From a virus: a stretch of DNA of 57,298 nt. The notes beneath the pieces were generated by a model. It was not told where the DNA came from and did not search any database. It worked only from the letters and a program-made list of their open reading frames with translations. The translations under genes were made by a program, and so were the position numbers. This document shows, piece by piece, positions 17,658-26,132 of this stretch (position 1 is its first letter; every line of letters begins with the position of its first letter). The stretch is from IMG/VR virus record IMGVR_UViG_3300022670_000646, positions 1-57,298 of that record; one strand, written 5' to 3'.

Positions 17658-18257
17658 CTATTGGTTATCAGGAGCTGCTGCTTGCGGGGTTGCCGTCTCC
17701 GTCGCCTTGCCTTCAATCAGAGCTCCGGCCTTCTCGTTCTCTATCAGCAAACAAGCGAAGCGGCGCATACGTTCACGGTCTGATAGATCAAGCGTGTGAT
17801 TCACCTCGCCGCTGTGTTTGACCTCCACTGACGGGCCGTATAGATGCGGAGCAACAGCAGCCATAAGGCGTAGACGTGTGTCCACCCGCAGTTTGGAGCG
17901 CTGCACATGCTCAGTGTCAAGAGCCTCATATTCAACACCATTGCGCCCCTTCTTGATGATGTAGTCAGTCGTCCCATCGTCCGCAATCAGCACGCTTTCG
18001 TCAGCCCATGTGTGCATCTGATTATGTCGCGCGCGGGTGAACCTCTCCTGAAAGGCAGAATTCTCATGCTTCCACCGATAAACCGTTGTTGTTGATGGCA
18101 TATCGCGCTGCAGGCATATCTGTACCAGTGTTGTGCCGCTTTCCAGTTGTTCGAAGATGGAACGCGCCAGCGCCTCAGAATAGATCGTCGGACGACCAAT
18201 AATCGCTTTGTCTTCAGGAGTAGTGTCTGTTGCTTGCAGGGTATGGGTTTCAGACAT
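17658..18257 (-). CDS. terS: Terminase small subunit
   Basis: 199 aa. GRPTIYSEALARSIFEQLESGTTLVQICLQRDMPSTTTVYRWKHENSAFQERFTRAR matches the HTH-type phage small-terminase N-terminus. First gene of the late block. Confidence 0.65.
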   Translation of the reverse strand: MSETHTLQATDTTPEDKAIIGRPTIYSEALARSIFEQLESGTTLVQICLQRDMPSTTTVYRWKHENSAFQERFTRARHNQMHTWADESVLIADDGTTDYIIKKGRNGVEYEALDTEHVQRSKLRVDTRLRLMAAVAPHLYGPSVEVKHSGEVNHTLDLSDRERMRRFACLLIENEKAGALIEGKATETATPQAAAPDNQ

Positions 18258-18320
18258 GTTTGCAGATTCCTGGGTTCACTGAGCTGGTGTGTTGCAGTTT
18301 AGCAGCTTGTGAAATAGTTG

Positions 18321-18349
18321 TTGACAGCGGAACATTGTTCCTGTATAGC
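18321..18349 (+). promoter_or_regulatory. Near-consensus sigma70 promoter with a palindromic spacer
   Basis: TTGACA (18321-18326), 17-nt spacer, TATAGC (18344-18349). The spacer contains GGAACA-T-TGTTCC (18329-18341). Confidence 0.55.
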
Positions 18350-18426
18350 TGGGGGTGAGCTGGGAGCAGTCCCAGTTTAGCCGGAGGCAGCTCTGGCACC
18401 CTGTAACTAAACGCAAGGAGAACACC

Positions 18427-18957
18427 ATGATCACAAACAAGCCCACCGCGTTAATTCACGGCGCCGCCAAGGTGCTGGGGATTAGTGGCGAGATTACAGC
18501 GGAGATTGTCACAACCGCCTATCGCCGCGCGGCAATGAAGTATCACCCAGATCGCAACCCGGCAGGCCTGGTGATGATGAAAGCGGTGAACGCTGCGCGC
18601 GACGCACTCAGCGAGTTTCGCGGCAACCTGAACCACAACGAGACAGCCGCCTGCTACGGCGGAGACCTTAACGACGCCATCAAGCACCTATTGCACAGCG
18701 TTGGCCTGAACCTTGAGATATGCGGCGCCTGGTTGTGGGTGACCGGCGAGACCAAGGCGCACAAGGATGTCATCAAGGCCTTTGAGTCGGAGACCGGCAA
18801 CCGCTTCAGGTGGCATTCGAAAAAACTAGCTTGGTACTTCGCGCCCAATGACTTCAAGGGCCGCCGCCGCTTTCGTGGCACCACGTCAATGGATGATATC
18901 CGCGAGACCTATGGCAGCGCATACGTCGCCACCCAAGCACGGAGCGCAATCGCATGA
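18427..18957 (+). CDS. J-domain (DnaJ-like) protein
   Basis: 176 aa from ATG 18427 (AAGGAG SD). YRRAAMKYHPDRNP contains the HPD motif. Confidence 0.8.
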   Translation: MITNKPTALIHGAAKVLGISGEITAEIVTTAYRRAAMKYHPDRNPAGLVMMKAVNAARDALSEFRGNLNHNETAACYGGDLNDAIKHLLHSVGLNLEICGAWLWVTGETKAHKDVIKAFESETGNRFRWHSKKLAWYFAPNDFKGRRRFRGTTSMDDIRETYGSAYVATQARSAIA

Positions 18958-19118
18958 CCGAGGAGCAACTACAAGCAGCCGAAACCTGGCAAACCCCAAC
19001 CCGTGGCACCAATCAGGCCGAGTTTGATATCTACCTGGCTTGTGCGGATGACGGTCACGGCAACGACGTTACAACAGGCGGACCACTCAAGACGTTTGAC
19101 GAGTGGCTCGCGAGCTGA
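18954..19118 (+). CDS. Small acidic protein (54 aa)
   Basis: MTEEQLQAAETWQTPTRG... with an ATGA overlap on the J-domain gene stop. Below the ORF-track cut-off. Confidence 0.45.
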   Translation: MTEEQLQAAETWQTPTRGTNQAEFDIYLACADDGHGNDVTTGGPLKTFDEWLAS

Positions 19119-19186
19119 GGACTCACTAATAGCCGCGTGACAGGCGGCTACAGAGTGGCACTTTTCCACCACACGAGGAGAACAAC

Positions 19187-19462
19187 ATGAGCAAGAAAGA
19201 CGAGCCGCGCCAGTGCTTCTACATATCGCCGCTTGAATACGACGAGGGCCGCGGCTATGTACCTAGCCTTGTTGTCGAGAACGAGCCGGGCCGGAGCCCC
19301 ATGAGAGGCCGCGGCGAGTTCGCCGAGCCTTGGTATTGGGGCAAGACCTTGGAACAAGCCGAGCAGACCTGTGAACGCGTGAACAAAGATCGCTACGGCA
19401 TCAGCCACCAAACGGCAGCCCGCATTGTTGCCAGCAGCATGGCAGCAGGGAGTATTCACTGA
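19187..19462 (+). CDS. Hypothetical protein
   Basis: 91 aa with a GAGGAG SD before ATG 19187. Confidence 0.6.
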   Translation: MSKKDEPRQCFYISPLEYDEGRGYVPSLVVENEPGRSPMRGRGEFAEPWYWGKTLEQAEQTCERVNKDRYGISHQTAARIVASSMAAGSIH

Positions 19463-19676
19463 TGGCAACAACCAAGCAGCAGCCAATCGCGAGGATGGCA
19501 GCCTGTACCCGGGAGTCGGTCACGGCGCGCCAGCGTCGCGCATGGCACTCAGAAACCGCGGCCTGATCGAGAACAAAGAGCAGCCTTGCAAGGCCTACAA
19601 AGGCCTGACCTGGGATGAGGTAATCACCGAGGCAGGCCGCGAGGCTTTAGCCGAGGCACGAGCTGCGGGCTGGTGA
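19425..19676 (+). CDS. Uncertain ORF
   Basis: 83-aa track ORF that overlaps the previous gene. Alternatives are a coupled 34-aa ORF (19462-19566, TGATG junction) and a 44-aa ORF from ATG 19542. Confidence 0.3.
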   Translation: MLPAAWQQGVFTDGNNQAAANREDGSLYPGVGHGAPASRMALRNRGLIENKEQPCKAYKGLTWDEVITEAGREALAEARAAGW

Positions 19677-19731
19677 GTAACCGCGCCAAGTGGCTGGCCC
19701 TGGCCGGCTGTTTGGCGGGAGTTATTCCCAA

Positions 19732-19750
19732 GGGGTGACAATGTCACCCC
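19732..19750. promoter_or_regulatory. 19-bp perfect palindrome GGGGTGACA-A-TGTCACCCC, copy 2
   Basis: Intergenic, 22 nt upstream of ATG 19773. Confidence 0.6.
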
Positions 19751-19772
19751 CCTACAACGCGAGGAGATAGAA

Positions 19773-19994
19773 ATGCACAGAGAAGACCAAACGCGCATTG
19801 TTGAGGAAATGTGCAAGGGCTTGCGCGAGACAATGCTCGCCAAGCTGGACAAAGTCCCGGAGCGCTGGGAGGGCATGGAGTTGCGCGCCCTACTTGCAGA
19901 CACAGCGCGCGAAAACTTCGTAATTGGCAGGCGAGACAGGCGGCTCGGCATGTGGAAGGACTACGAAAACGATCGCTTAGTCTTGAATATATAA
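19773..19994 (+). CDS. Hypothetical protein
   Basis: 73 aa with a GAGGAG SD. Confidence 0.6.
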   Translation: MHREDQTRIVEEMCKGLRETMLAKLDKVPERWEGMELRALLADTARENFVIGRRDRRLGMWKDYENDRLVLNI

Positions 19995-20195
19995 ATGAAA
20001 CCAGATGCTTCGACCTACGATCCGCGGCCTGAATACCTGGCTGAGTTAGTCAAGTCCACCGGGCTAACTCGGCCAGTGCTAGCCAAGCTGCTTGGTGTTG
20101 ATCAGCGCACGATCCGATACTGGTTGGCCGGCAAGCGCCAGTTCCCCTACTCGGTGCAATATGCGCTGGAGGTCTTGGTTTTGTCTCCAGATTAG
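19995..20195 (+). CDS. Cro/XRE-like helix-turn-helix DNA-binding protein
   Basis: 66 aa. LTRPVLAKLLGVDQRTIRYWLAGKR is an HTH signature. Confidence 0.65.
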   Translation: MKPDASTYDPRPEYLAELVKSTGLTRPVLAKLLGVDQRTIRYWLAGKRQFPYSVQYALEVLVLSPD

Positions 20196-20270
20196 TGTCT
20201 AATTCACTTATGGAGATTAGTGAAAAAGATAAAGTCAGGTTGGCGAGGCAGCGGCAGACGCGGAGAGGAT

Positions 20271-20426
20271 ATGCCAACCGCAAAACTATCTACCATCCAA
20301 GTTATCGAGATTCGCGAACGCTACGCTATCGGCAAGGTGATGCAGAAAGATTTGGCTGCGGAGTACGGCATTAGCAGGGCCCAGATGCACAACATTCTAA
20401 ACAGAAAGCAATGGACGCACATTTAG
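20271..20426 (+). CDS. Small HTH protein resembling the C-terminal module of the HNH protein at 25212..25700
   Basis: 51 aa from ATG 20271 (GGAGAGG SD). AKLSTIQVIEIRERY...LAAEYGISRAQMHNILNRKQWTHI compares with AKLTEAGVLEIRQS...LAKQYGVTRRTIYKVRAKKSWCHV. Confidence 0.5.
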   Translation: MPTAKLSTIQVIEIRERYAIGKVMQKDLAAEYGISRAQMHNILNRKQWTHI

Positions 20427-20442
20427 TAATTCGACCATACTG

Positions 20443-20886
20443 CTAGTGTTTTGTATTCAAGCCCGGATCAGCGCCGCTGGTTAGCAACAGCCCCATTTCA
20501 TAGGCTTCCTTGCACTCGTCGCTGCACACCACCCACACGGTTGCTGGGTTCTGCAGCACGTCGACGTCGACCTCGATCGGCTTGTCGCACTGCTCACAGC
20601 GCACTTCGATGGTCTGTAACTTGACCCGGCGCTTGTCATCCGGCACCCGCACCGTGCCAAGCCGATCACCGTCGCGCAGAAGACAATCCCCAGGATTGAG
20701 GATAATTTCGAGTCCACCTGGACCGCGGATTCTGAGCTGATCGCCGCTCACTTCCAAAACGGCCACATGATCCACGAGCAGCGCGTCGATCTCACTGACG
20801 TTATCGACTTTCCACTGGACATTGGGTAGCCCTTTTTGTGCTGCGGAGAGCTGGCTCAAGTACCGCGACCAGACTGCGCCCACCAA
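20443..20886 (-). CDS. Hypothetical protein with a C-terminal Cys pair; start uncertain
   Basis: 147-aa ORF. A TTGA-coupled start at 20859 is possible. Confidence 0.55.
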   Translation of the reverse strand: MVGAVWSRYLSQLSAAQKGLPNVQWKVDNVSEIDALLVDHVAVLEVSGDQLRIRGPGGLEIILNPGDCLLRDGDRLGTVRVPDDKRRVKLQTIEVRCEQCDKPIEVDVDVLQNPATVWVVCSDECKEAYEMGLLLTSGADPGLNTKH

Positions 20887-21218
20887 GCAACGAAATTAGT
20901 GACGTCAGTTGCGCCACTCTGCGCGAAGCGAACCGTCTTGAAAGTGCCCTCAAGCAAGTAGATCAAATCGGGAAGGGCCACGATGACTCGGGCTGCCGGC
21001 GTCAGGGAGTGCAGATCAATGAAAGCCACTTCCTGGGCGAAGTTAGTTCCATCCTGAGACACATCGACATCAACCGCACCCGCCGATGACATAAAGTAAA
21101 CGCGATTGTAGCGTTCGGCATTCTCAAGCTCAGCGACTACGTCCTCATCGTCAGGAGTATCTAGGCCGATGACCTGATGCGTCGGGCCATAAAAGTTATG
21201 CGTGCCTACGTTTGCCAT
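20856..21218 (-). CDS. Hypothetical protein
   Basis: 120 aa with an AGGGAAG SD before ATG 21218. Confidence 0.6.
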   Translation of the reverse strand: MANVGTHNFYGPTHQVIGLDTPDDEDVVAELENAERYNRVYFMSSAGAVDVDVSQDGTNFAQEVAFIDLHSLTPAARVIVALPDLIYLLEGTFKTVRFAQSGATDVTNFVAWWAQSGRGT

Positions 21219-21355
21219 GATTGCTTCCCTGTTGTTTAGGTTTCAGCCGCTCTGCGACCTCCGCTGGACCTCGGACGACGACGGTAATCTGGCCACAAAC
21301 CACACGATACTTCGGCCAAACTGAATGCAGCTTGAAGGAATTTAGTGAGCGGCAT

Positions 21356-21883
21356 TCAAATTCCATGTGTGCTGCTAAAACCAAGCCTTATCTCCGCTGA
21401 CCTACGGCGGCAACAAGCTTCAAAAAAGTCCTTGCCAGCATATAGATAATACCTCTTACCCTGAGAATCTATCGTGGACTGCCATCTTTGTCGAGTTTTC
21501 TGCCAATAAACTCCCGTGATGCCGTATGTATTATCGGACCTCTTGCCTCTGTTCTTACAATTGTCTGAGCGAGTCGCTGGACGTAAGTTTTTCAGTCTAT
21601 TATCCAGTGAATTACGATTGATGTGGTCAATCTCGTCAACCAAGACACCATGCACGATCAGCCAAATAATCCGTGCCACGTTATAAACTTTACCATTGAT
21701 TTTAACGCGGCGAGAAACGTACCCTTGCTTCGTCCTTACTGTTGATCCAGCTATAGATCCGACCTTGTATTTACTATTACAAGCCGGAGACCGCCTGATT
21801 AGATTCTCTCCATCGTACTCAAAGCGCTCGATAGCAACCGCAAGATTCAGCATTTTTATCAATCCAAAACATCCTGATATCAC
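21356..21883 (-). CDS. HNH-AP2 homing endonuclease
   Basis: IDHINRNSLDNRLKNLRPATRSDN (HNH) followed by GITGVYWQKTRQRWQSTIDSQGKRYYLYAGKDFFEA (AP2-like). AT-richer than its flanks by eye. The likely start is ATG 21853 (MLNLAV). Confidence 0.75.
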   Translation of the reverse strand: MISGCFGLIKMLNLAVAIERFEYDGENLIRRSPACNSKYKVGSIAGSTVRTKQGYVSRRVKINGKVYNVARIIWLIVHGVLVDEIDHINRNSLDNRLKNLRPATRSDNCKNRGKRSDNTYGITGVYWQKTRQRWQSTIDSQGKRYYLYAGKDFFEACCRRRSAEIRLGFSSTHGI

Positions 21884-22283
21884 GAGCTATTATACGCGGA
21901 ACTTCAAACTCCTGCCATGGTTGCTCTGCAAACTTGTCAAGCATGAAATCCTGAGTAGGGATAAGCACATGCACCTCATCGCCGAAGTGATCCTCGAACA
22001 TGATTCGACCCCAGATCAGGCTTGGACCGAACTCACCGCTCATTTTCTGGCGTGTTGTGTGATTGTGTAGATGCCCAAAATGGTGCCATTTGCACAGACC
22101 AATGGTCCAGCGATGCTGCTCAGCCCCCTTACCTACGCGCCGGCCTCGCTCTGTAACGTGCTCAATTGAGGCGTGCACATCAAGATAGCCCACCAACAAG
22201 CAAGGCAGACAACCGCAATACTTGGCTATTGTCTCCATGCGGTCTCGCTCGTTCTTGCGAGCTCGCGGAGTCGAGCCAACCAT
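21819..22283 (-). CDS. Ref/NinG-like HNH-type recombination nuclease (putative)
   Basis: 154 aa. CGCLPCLLVG...SIEHV...LCKWHHFGHLHNH Cys/His cluster. The 3' end runs into the HNH-AP2 gene. Confidence 0.5.
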   Translation of the reverse strand: MVGSTPRARKNERDRMETIAKYCGCLPCLLVGYLDVHASIEHVTERGRRVGKGAEQHRWTIGLCKWHHFGHLHNHTTRQKMSGEFGPSLIWGRIMFEDHFGDEVHVLIPTQDFMLDKFAEQPWQEFEVPRIIARDIRMFWIDKNAESCGCYRAL

Positions 22284-22558
22284 CAGGCGCCGCGCTCGTC
22301 ATTGATGAGATAGTGCCTGCCCTTATCGGTAAGGACAAAGTCTCCACGACAGCCACAACCACATCCTTCCACTAACCCTCGTTTAATTAGCTGTTTCATT
22401 TTTGCAAGGACCAGCTTGCCAGCTAGAGCAAATCCGTCTGGCATTGCATGGCATACACTGTTATCAGCATACGGTAAATTGAACCACGTACACCACTGCC
22501 CACCTCTGGAATCAATAAACTCCAAAATTGGTCTGTCTGGGATGTCTTTATATTTCAT
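22283..22558 (-). CDS. Hypothetical protein
   Basis: 91 aa, ATGA coupling at 22283. Confidence 0.55.
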   Translation of the reverse strand: MKYKDIPDRPILEFIDSRGGQWCTWFNLPYADNSVCHAMPDGFALAGKLVLAKMKQLIKRGLVEGCGCGCRGDFVLTDKGRHYLINDERGA

Positions 22559-22578
22559 GCTTGCTTCAATCCTTGATT

Positions 22579-22743
22579 TTACTCCGTCGTGATCTCAGTC
22601 AGTCGCTCACCGCACAGCGGACAAAAATTATATACCTCATCAAGATATGGCCCAGCGTTTAGCTCGGCCTTGTCATAAATTGGACGCGACTCAATGTCTC
22701 CGCTGACGCCATATATATGTCCGCACTCTTGTTTTTTATCCAT
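22579..22743 (-). CDS. Small zinc-ribbon-like protein
   Basis: 54 aa from ATG 22743 (GGGGA SD), with ECGH...CPLCG. Confidence 0.45.
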   Translation of the reverse strand: MDKKQECGHIYGVSGDIESRPIYDKAELNAGPYLDEVYNFCPLCGERLTEITTE

Positions 22744-22972
22744 GATCAATCCCCGGCCCACGATCGAAGTACGGCATCAGCCTGATCACAGGATTGATCT
22801 GCCGACGCTTGCCCACAATGCCCCAGACAATGAACCAATCTGTGAGCTCCTCGTTCGTGAGTGATTGATGAAAGGGCTTGCCACTTCTAGCCCCGCGATG
22901 ATCGCGCTCATTCTTTTCTCTGGTATTAGGACCGCCGTAGTCGCCCCAGTGCACGGTGCTTTCAGCATTCAT
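22736..22972 (-). CDS. Hypothetical protein
   Basis: 78 aa from ATG 22972, preceded by GGAAGGAG. Confidence 0.5.
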   Translation of the reverse strand: MNAESTVHWGDYGGPNTREKNERDHRGARSGKPFHQSLTNEELTDWFIVWGIVGKRRQINPVIRLMPYFDRGPGIDHG

Positions 22973-23324
22973 CAACCGGCTCCTTCCCTTTGGTAATATT
23001 GATCTCAATCCGACCGCCTGCCGTGCGCCCTATGCGATCAGTCCAAAGAGAAACGACAGCGCTATCGTCTGTGATAGCACCGTACTCAGTCAGCGCGTCA
23101 AGCATGGGCTTGAGAATGTTGTCAAGATCACGCTTGCGCCGATCCGGCACCCAGACATAAATACGCACCCGAAAATACTCGTATTTAAGCCGCGCCACCT
23201 TCTGGCCGGCCATCAGCCAGCCACACTCGGCCTTGTAGGATCTACCCCGAGCGCTCAGAATCTTTCGACCCCGAACCACGGTGTAGTAGTGATTGACAGT
23301 TGGTGGGTAAGGCAGATTGATCAT
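22962..23324 (-). CDS. rusA: RusA-family Holliday junction resolvase
   Basis: 120 aa. INLPYPPTVNHYY...RRKRDLDNILKPMLDALTEYGAITDDS is the RusA signature. Confidence 0.85.
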   Translation of the reverse strand: MINLPYPPTVNHYYTVVRGRKILSARGRSYKAECGWLMAGQKVARLKYEYFRVRIYVWVPDRRKRDLDNILKPMLDALTEYGAITDDSAVVSLWTDRIGRTAGGRIEINITKGKEPVDEC

Positions 23325-23503
23325 TTAAGCTCGCCGCGTGCACCAAGCGTATAAAACGCCTTCCATATCCGAACCATGTTTTTCCGGCAGGCATCCTTGT
23401 GGCAGTATCCCTGGCTGGAGGCAAATATCACGCGGCCGTTATCCGCCTTGATCGTTGCCCGCCACTTTTCCCTGCTGTCTTTCTTGTAGGTTAATGTGCT
23501 CAT
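23321..23503 (-). CDS. DUF1508/YegP-like small protein
   Basis: 60 aa. KWRATIKADNGRVIFASSQGYCHKDACRKNMVRI resembles the YegP repeat. GAGGAA SD. Confidence 0.6.
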   Translation of the reverse strand: MSTLTYKKDSREKWRATIKADNGRVIFASSQGYCHKDACRKNMVRIWKAFYTLGARGELK

Positions 23504-23726
23504 TGTCGAATTTCCTCAGCATGTTTCGAATAATATCCTTGGCCGTTGTGTACTCCTGCCACTCCCGTACTTGGACGCCTAAACTCTCGTCCGCGTCATA
23601 CATGGCGTCGCGGCAAAACGGCGTCCAATCTCCTGTACGTGACTTGCAAATGACCAGCAATATGGCCATGCGATCAGCTAGAAACGCTACTCTTGCGGCG
23701 TTCAGACTTTTCTCGTCCTTTGGCAT
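23439..23726 (-). CDS. Hypothetical protein overlapping both neighbours
   Basis: 95-aa ORF. It overlaps the helicase 3' end by 53 nt and the next gene by 65 nt. Confidence 0.35.
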   Translation of the reverse strand: MPKDEKSLNAARVAFLADRMAILLVICKSRTGDWTPFCRDAMYDADESLGVQVREWQEYTTAKDIIRNMLRKFDNEHINLQERQQGKVAGNDQGG

Positions 23727-25215
23727 ACGCTATATTCCTCGACGTTATCCAGTTAAGTACCCTCTTGTCAGGCGGCACAGAGACCATGTTCATCCAGTGC
23801 CGCTCTGGCCAGCAGCCACACTTTTCTTTGAATTTCACGGCCGCCCAGCCGGGCTTGTAGTTGTGCTCGGCGCCGTAGCGCTTCAACATGCAGAAGAGAA
23901 TCTCGTGCGACACCCATCCCTTTGGCAGCTTCTCCACCAACGCTTTGCCGATGCGCACCAGATCAGCTTGAGTGGTGGCGACGTCGCGTTTTGTAAACGG
24001 CACCTTCCAGCCACATTCCGGGCATACCCTGGAGCGGCTGAAAATATAATGGCACTCCTCGCACTCGTGCTGTTTGGCCTCCTCAGCCTCTCCGGATTCT
24101 TCGTTGCGCGTCCAGTTCTCGCAGGCCTTCTTGCCCGGATCTAGGCGCCAACGAAACAGGTCATCTGCCTGCCCAAGTGCTGGCACGTTGCCGGCGTGAT
24201 CTAGGACCATGGTGGCACCACCATCGATATTCGGACGCATACCTCGGCCAAGGGATTGATGATGGAAAACGATGCTTTTGGTCGGCCTAGCTAAGACCAC
24301 ACAATTGATACTTGGAGCATTGTACCCGTAACTCGCGATTCCAACGTTTACAAGCACTTGAATTATCTGGGATTTGAACTGTTCGTTAAGCTGATCTCGA
24401 TCGCTATCATCAAGGTGAACGTGCAATGCACCGGCACTAATTCCAACCTGCTTAAACCGATCGGCGAGCAGCTCACAATGAGCAATATCAACAGCAAACA
24501 CTATCGTATGGCAATCAGAGGCCAACCGCAGCCAGTTGTCGACGACATCTCCCACTAATTTCACACAGCGATTTGACAGTTTTTTTACCTCATAATCGCC
24601 GCGCCGAATCTTAATCCCCTCCATGTCTGGTGTAGCACCCCCCCAGTATTCCATTTTGCAAAGATGTCCATCTTTGACAAGCCTTCTTATGGTTGTGATG
24701 TGCTTTAGAGTCGACCAGAATGTTCCAAGACCCTTACCAGTCAGTCTGGCTGGCGTTGCTGTATAGCCATCGATAGCAGCCTTGGGTGCATAGTGTTCAA
24801 GTATTTCCAGAATCTTAGGGGCGGTTGACAAATGGCACTCATCGGTCAACAGACGGTCCACCTTTGGAAACCAAAAGTCAGAGCGCCGAGCACGTGAAAT
24901 CAGTGTAGGCCACGACACAATATGAATTGGGGATACCGGATTCCATCGCTCACCCTCCCTTTTTGCCCTGAGCATGGTGACGTTTTCTGCACCACAAACC
25001 TCACTTACAATATTATGAGTCTGACCAAATATCTCATTACGCGGAGTCAAAATCGCCGTCGAATTGCCGCGCTCCATTTCACGCTTTGCGGTAAATGCCT
25101 GCATCAAACTTTTGCCTGATCCGCACGGGGCTATGTGTATTGGCCGCAATTCTTTACCATGATTCAAAGCATAATTAACGGACTCCTCTTGGTAATCTCG
25201 AAGAACGAATGTCAT
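23674..25215 (-). CDS. Superfamily-2 DEAD/DEAH-box DNA helicase with a C-terminal zinc ribbon
   Basis: 513 aa from ATG 25215 (ATGA overlap). Motif I APCGSGKS, motif II TDECH, C-terminal CEECHYIFSRSRVCPECGW. Confidence 0.85.
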   Translation of the reverse strand: MTFVLRDYQEESVNYALNHGKELRPIHIAPCGSGKSLMQAFTAKREMERGNSTAILTPRNEIFGQTHNIVSEVCGAENVTMLRAKREGERWNPVSPIHIVSWPTLISRARRSDFWFPKVDRLLTDECHLSTAPKILEILEHYAPKAAIDGYTATPARLTGKGLGTFWSTLKHITTIRRLVKDGHLCKMEYWGGATPDMEGIKIRRGDYEVKKLSNRCVKLVGDVVDNWLRLASDCHTIVFAVDIAHCELLADRFKQVGISAGALHVHLDDSDRDQLNEQFKSQIIQVLVNVGIASYGYNAPSINCVVLARPTKSIVFHHQSLGRGMRPNIDGGATMVLDHAGNVPALGQADDLFRWRLDPGKKACENWTRNEESGEAEEAKQHECEECHYIFSRSRVCPECGWKVPFTKRDVATTQADLVRIGKALVEKLPKGWVSHEILFCMLKRYGAEHNYKPGWAAVKFKEKCGCWPERHWMNMVSVPPDKRVLNWITSRNIAYAKGREKSERRKSSVSS

Positions 25216-25700
25216 ACGTGACACCAGCTTTTTTTCGCACGCACCTTGTAGATTGTCCGGCGGGTAACGCCATATTGTTTGGCTAAGATTCTTGGAGCTT
25301 TTGTGCTTTGTCTTATTTCCAATACCCCTGCTTCGGTCAATTTGGCCTGCGGCTTCTGACTTCCTACCTTATGTAACATTGCCGTGTTATCTCGCCCTCG
25401 TTCTATGCAATCCGCCCTATTTGTTTTCGCACTGCCTGCGTAAAGGTGATCGGGATTAATACAGTCTGTGACATCACAATGGTGGCAAATGTGCACCCCG
25501 TCTGGAATTGCGCCATGAGCAATATGATAAGAAACCCTATGTGCTAAGTATCTCTTATTGTTGATTGTTAGCAGCCCGTAGCCTTGGCGATGCTTCCAGC
25601 CCCTCCATCTCCAACACCCAGCAGCGTCTACCACATAGCCATTCAGAATCCTTTTCTTAATGGATTCAGTGATCTGGTACTGGCGTTCCTCAATCTCCAC
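25212..25700 (-). CDS. HNH endonuclease with a C-terminal HTH module
   Basis: 162 aa. GYGLLTINNKRYLAHRVSYHIAHGAIPDGVHICHHCDVTDCINPDHLYAGSAKTNRAD. Confidence 0.8.
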   Translation of the reverse strand: MEIEERQYQITESIKKRILNGYVVDAAGCWRWRGWKHRQGYGLLTINNKRYLAHRVSYHIAHGAIPDGVHICHHCDVTDCINPDHLYAGSAKTNRADCIERGRDNTAMLHKVGSQKPQAKLTEAGVLEIRQSTKAPRILAKQYGVTRRTIYKVRAKKSWCHV

Positions 25701-25727
25701 TGGTCGTTTGTCCTGTTTGGTCAGTGG

Positions 25728-26132
25728 TCATCTGATCGATTTCTCTGTGTAATCGACGTGTCGAGATGAGCAATTCTCCATTTCTTTGTAATGAATCGCC
25801 CAGCTACAGTGTGGGCAACAAGGCAGGTACTTTCCGCCGCGCCACATGCTTTCGAGTTTCTTGGCCACCTTCATCCACGGCTTCCATGCCTTCAGTTCGG
25901 TGATTTCGCGGCGCATCGACGCTAATCGGATAAAGAACTGATTTTCCCGATGGGCCATTTTTTTGAGGAAATAGAACGCGGAAACAATGGCCTCGCAGTC
26001 TCGGCATTCGACAGTGCCTTTTGATTCATCAATCCATACCCGTGGGTGATCGCACGTTGGCGACTTCCGGTTTTTGCGCTTCCACCCTTCAAAAGAAACA
26101 ACTGCCTCAGTATCTTCAATATCGTGTCTCAT
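25728..26132 (-). CDS. Cys-rich hypothetical protein
   Basis: 134 aa. CDH...CRDC...CCPHC suggests zinc binding. Confidence 0.55.
   Translation of the reverse strand: MRHDIEDTEAVVSFEGWKRKNRKSPTCDHPRVWIDESKGTVECRDCEAIVSAFYFLKKMAHRENQFFIRLASMRREITELKAWKPWMKVAKKLESMWRGGKYLPCCPHCSWAIHYKEMENCSSRHVDYTEKSIR

Noticed and set aside
21219-21355. Possible small RNA or ORF (62 aa, 21196-21384) in the gap beside the HNH-AP2 gene
   Set aside because: No RBS, no conserved-looking sequence and no convincing structure. It is more likely HEG-flank spacer that carries the RBS of the next gene.
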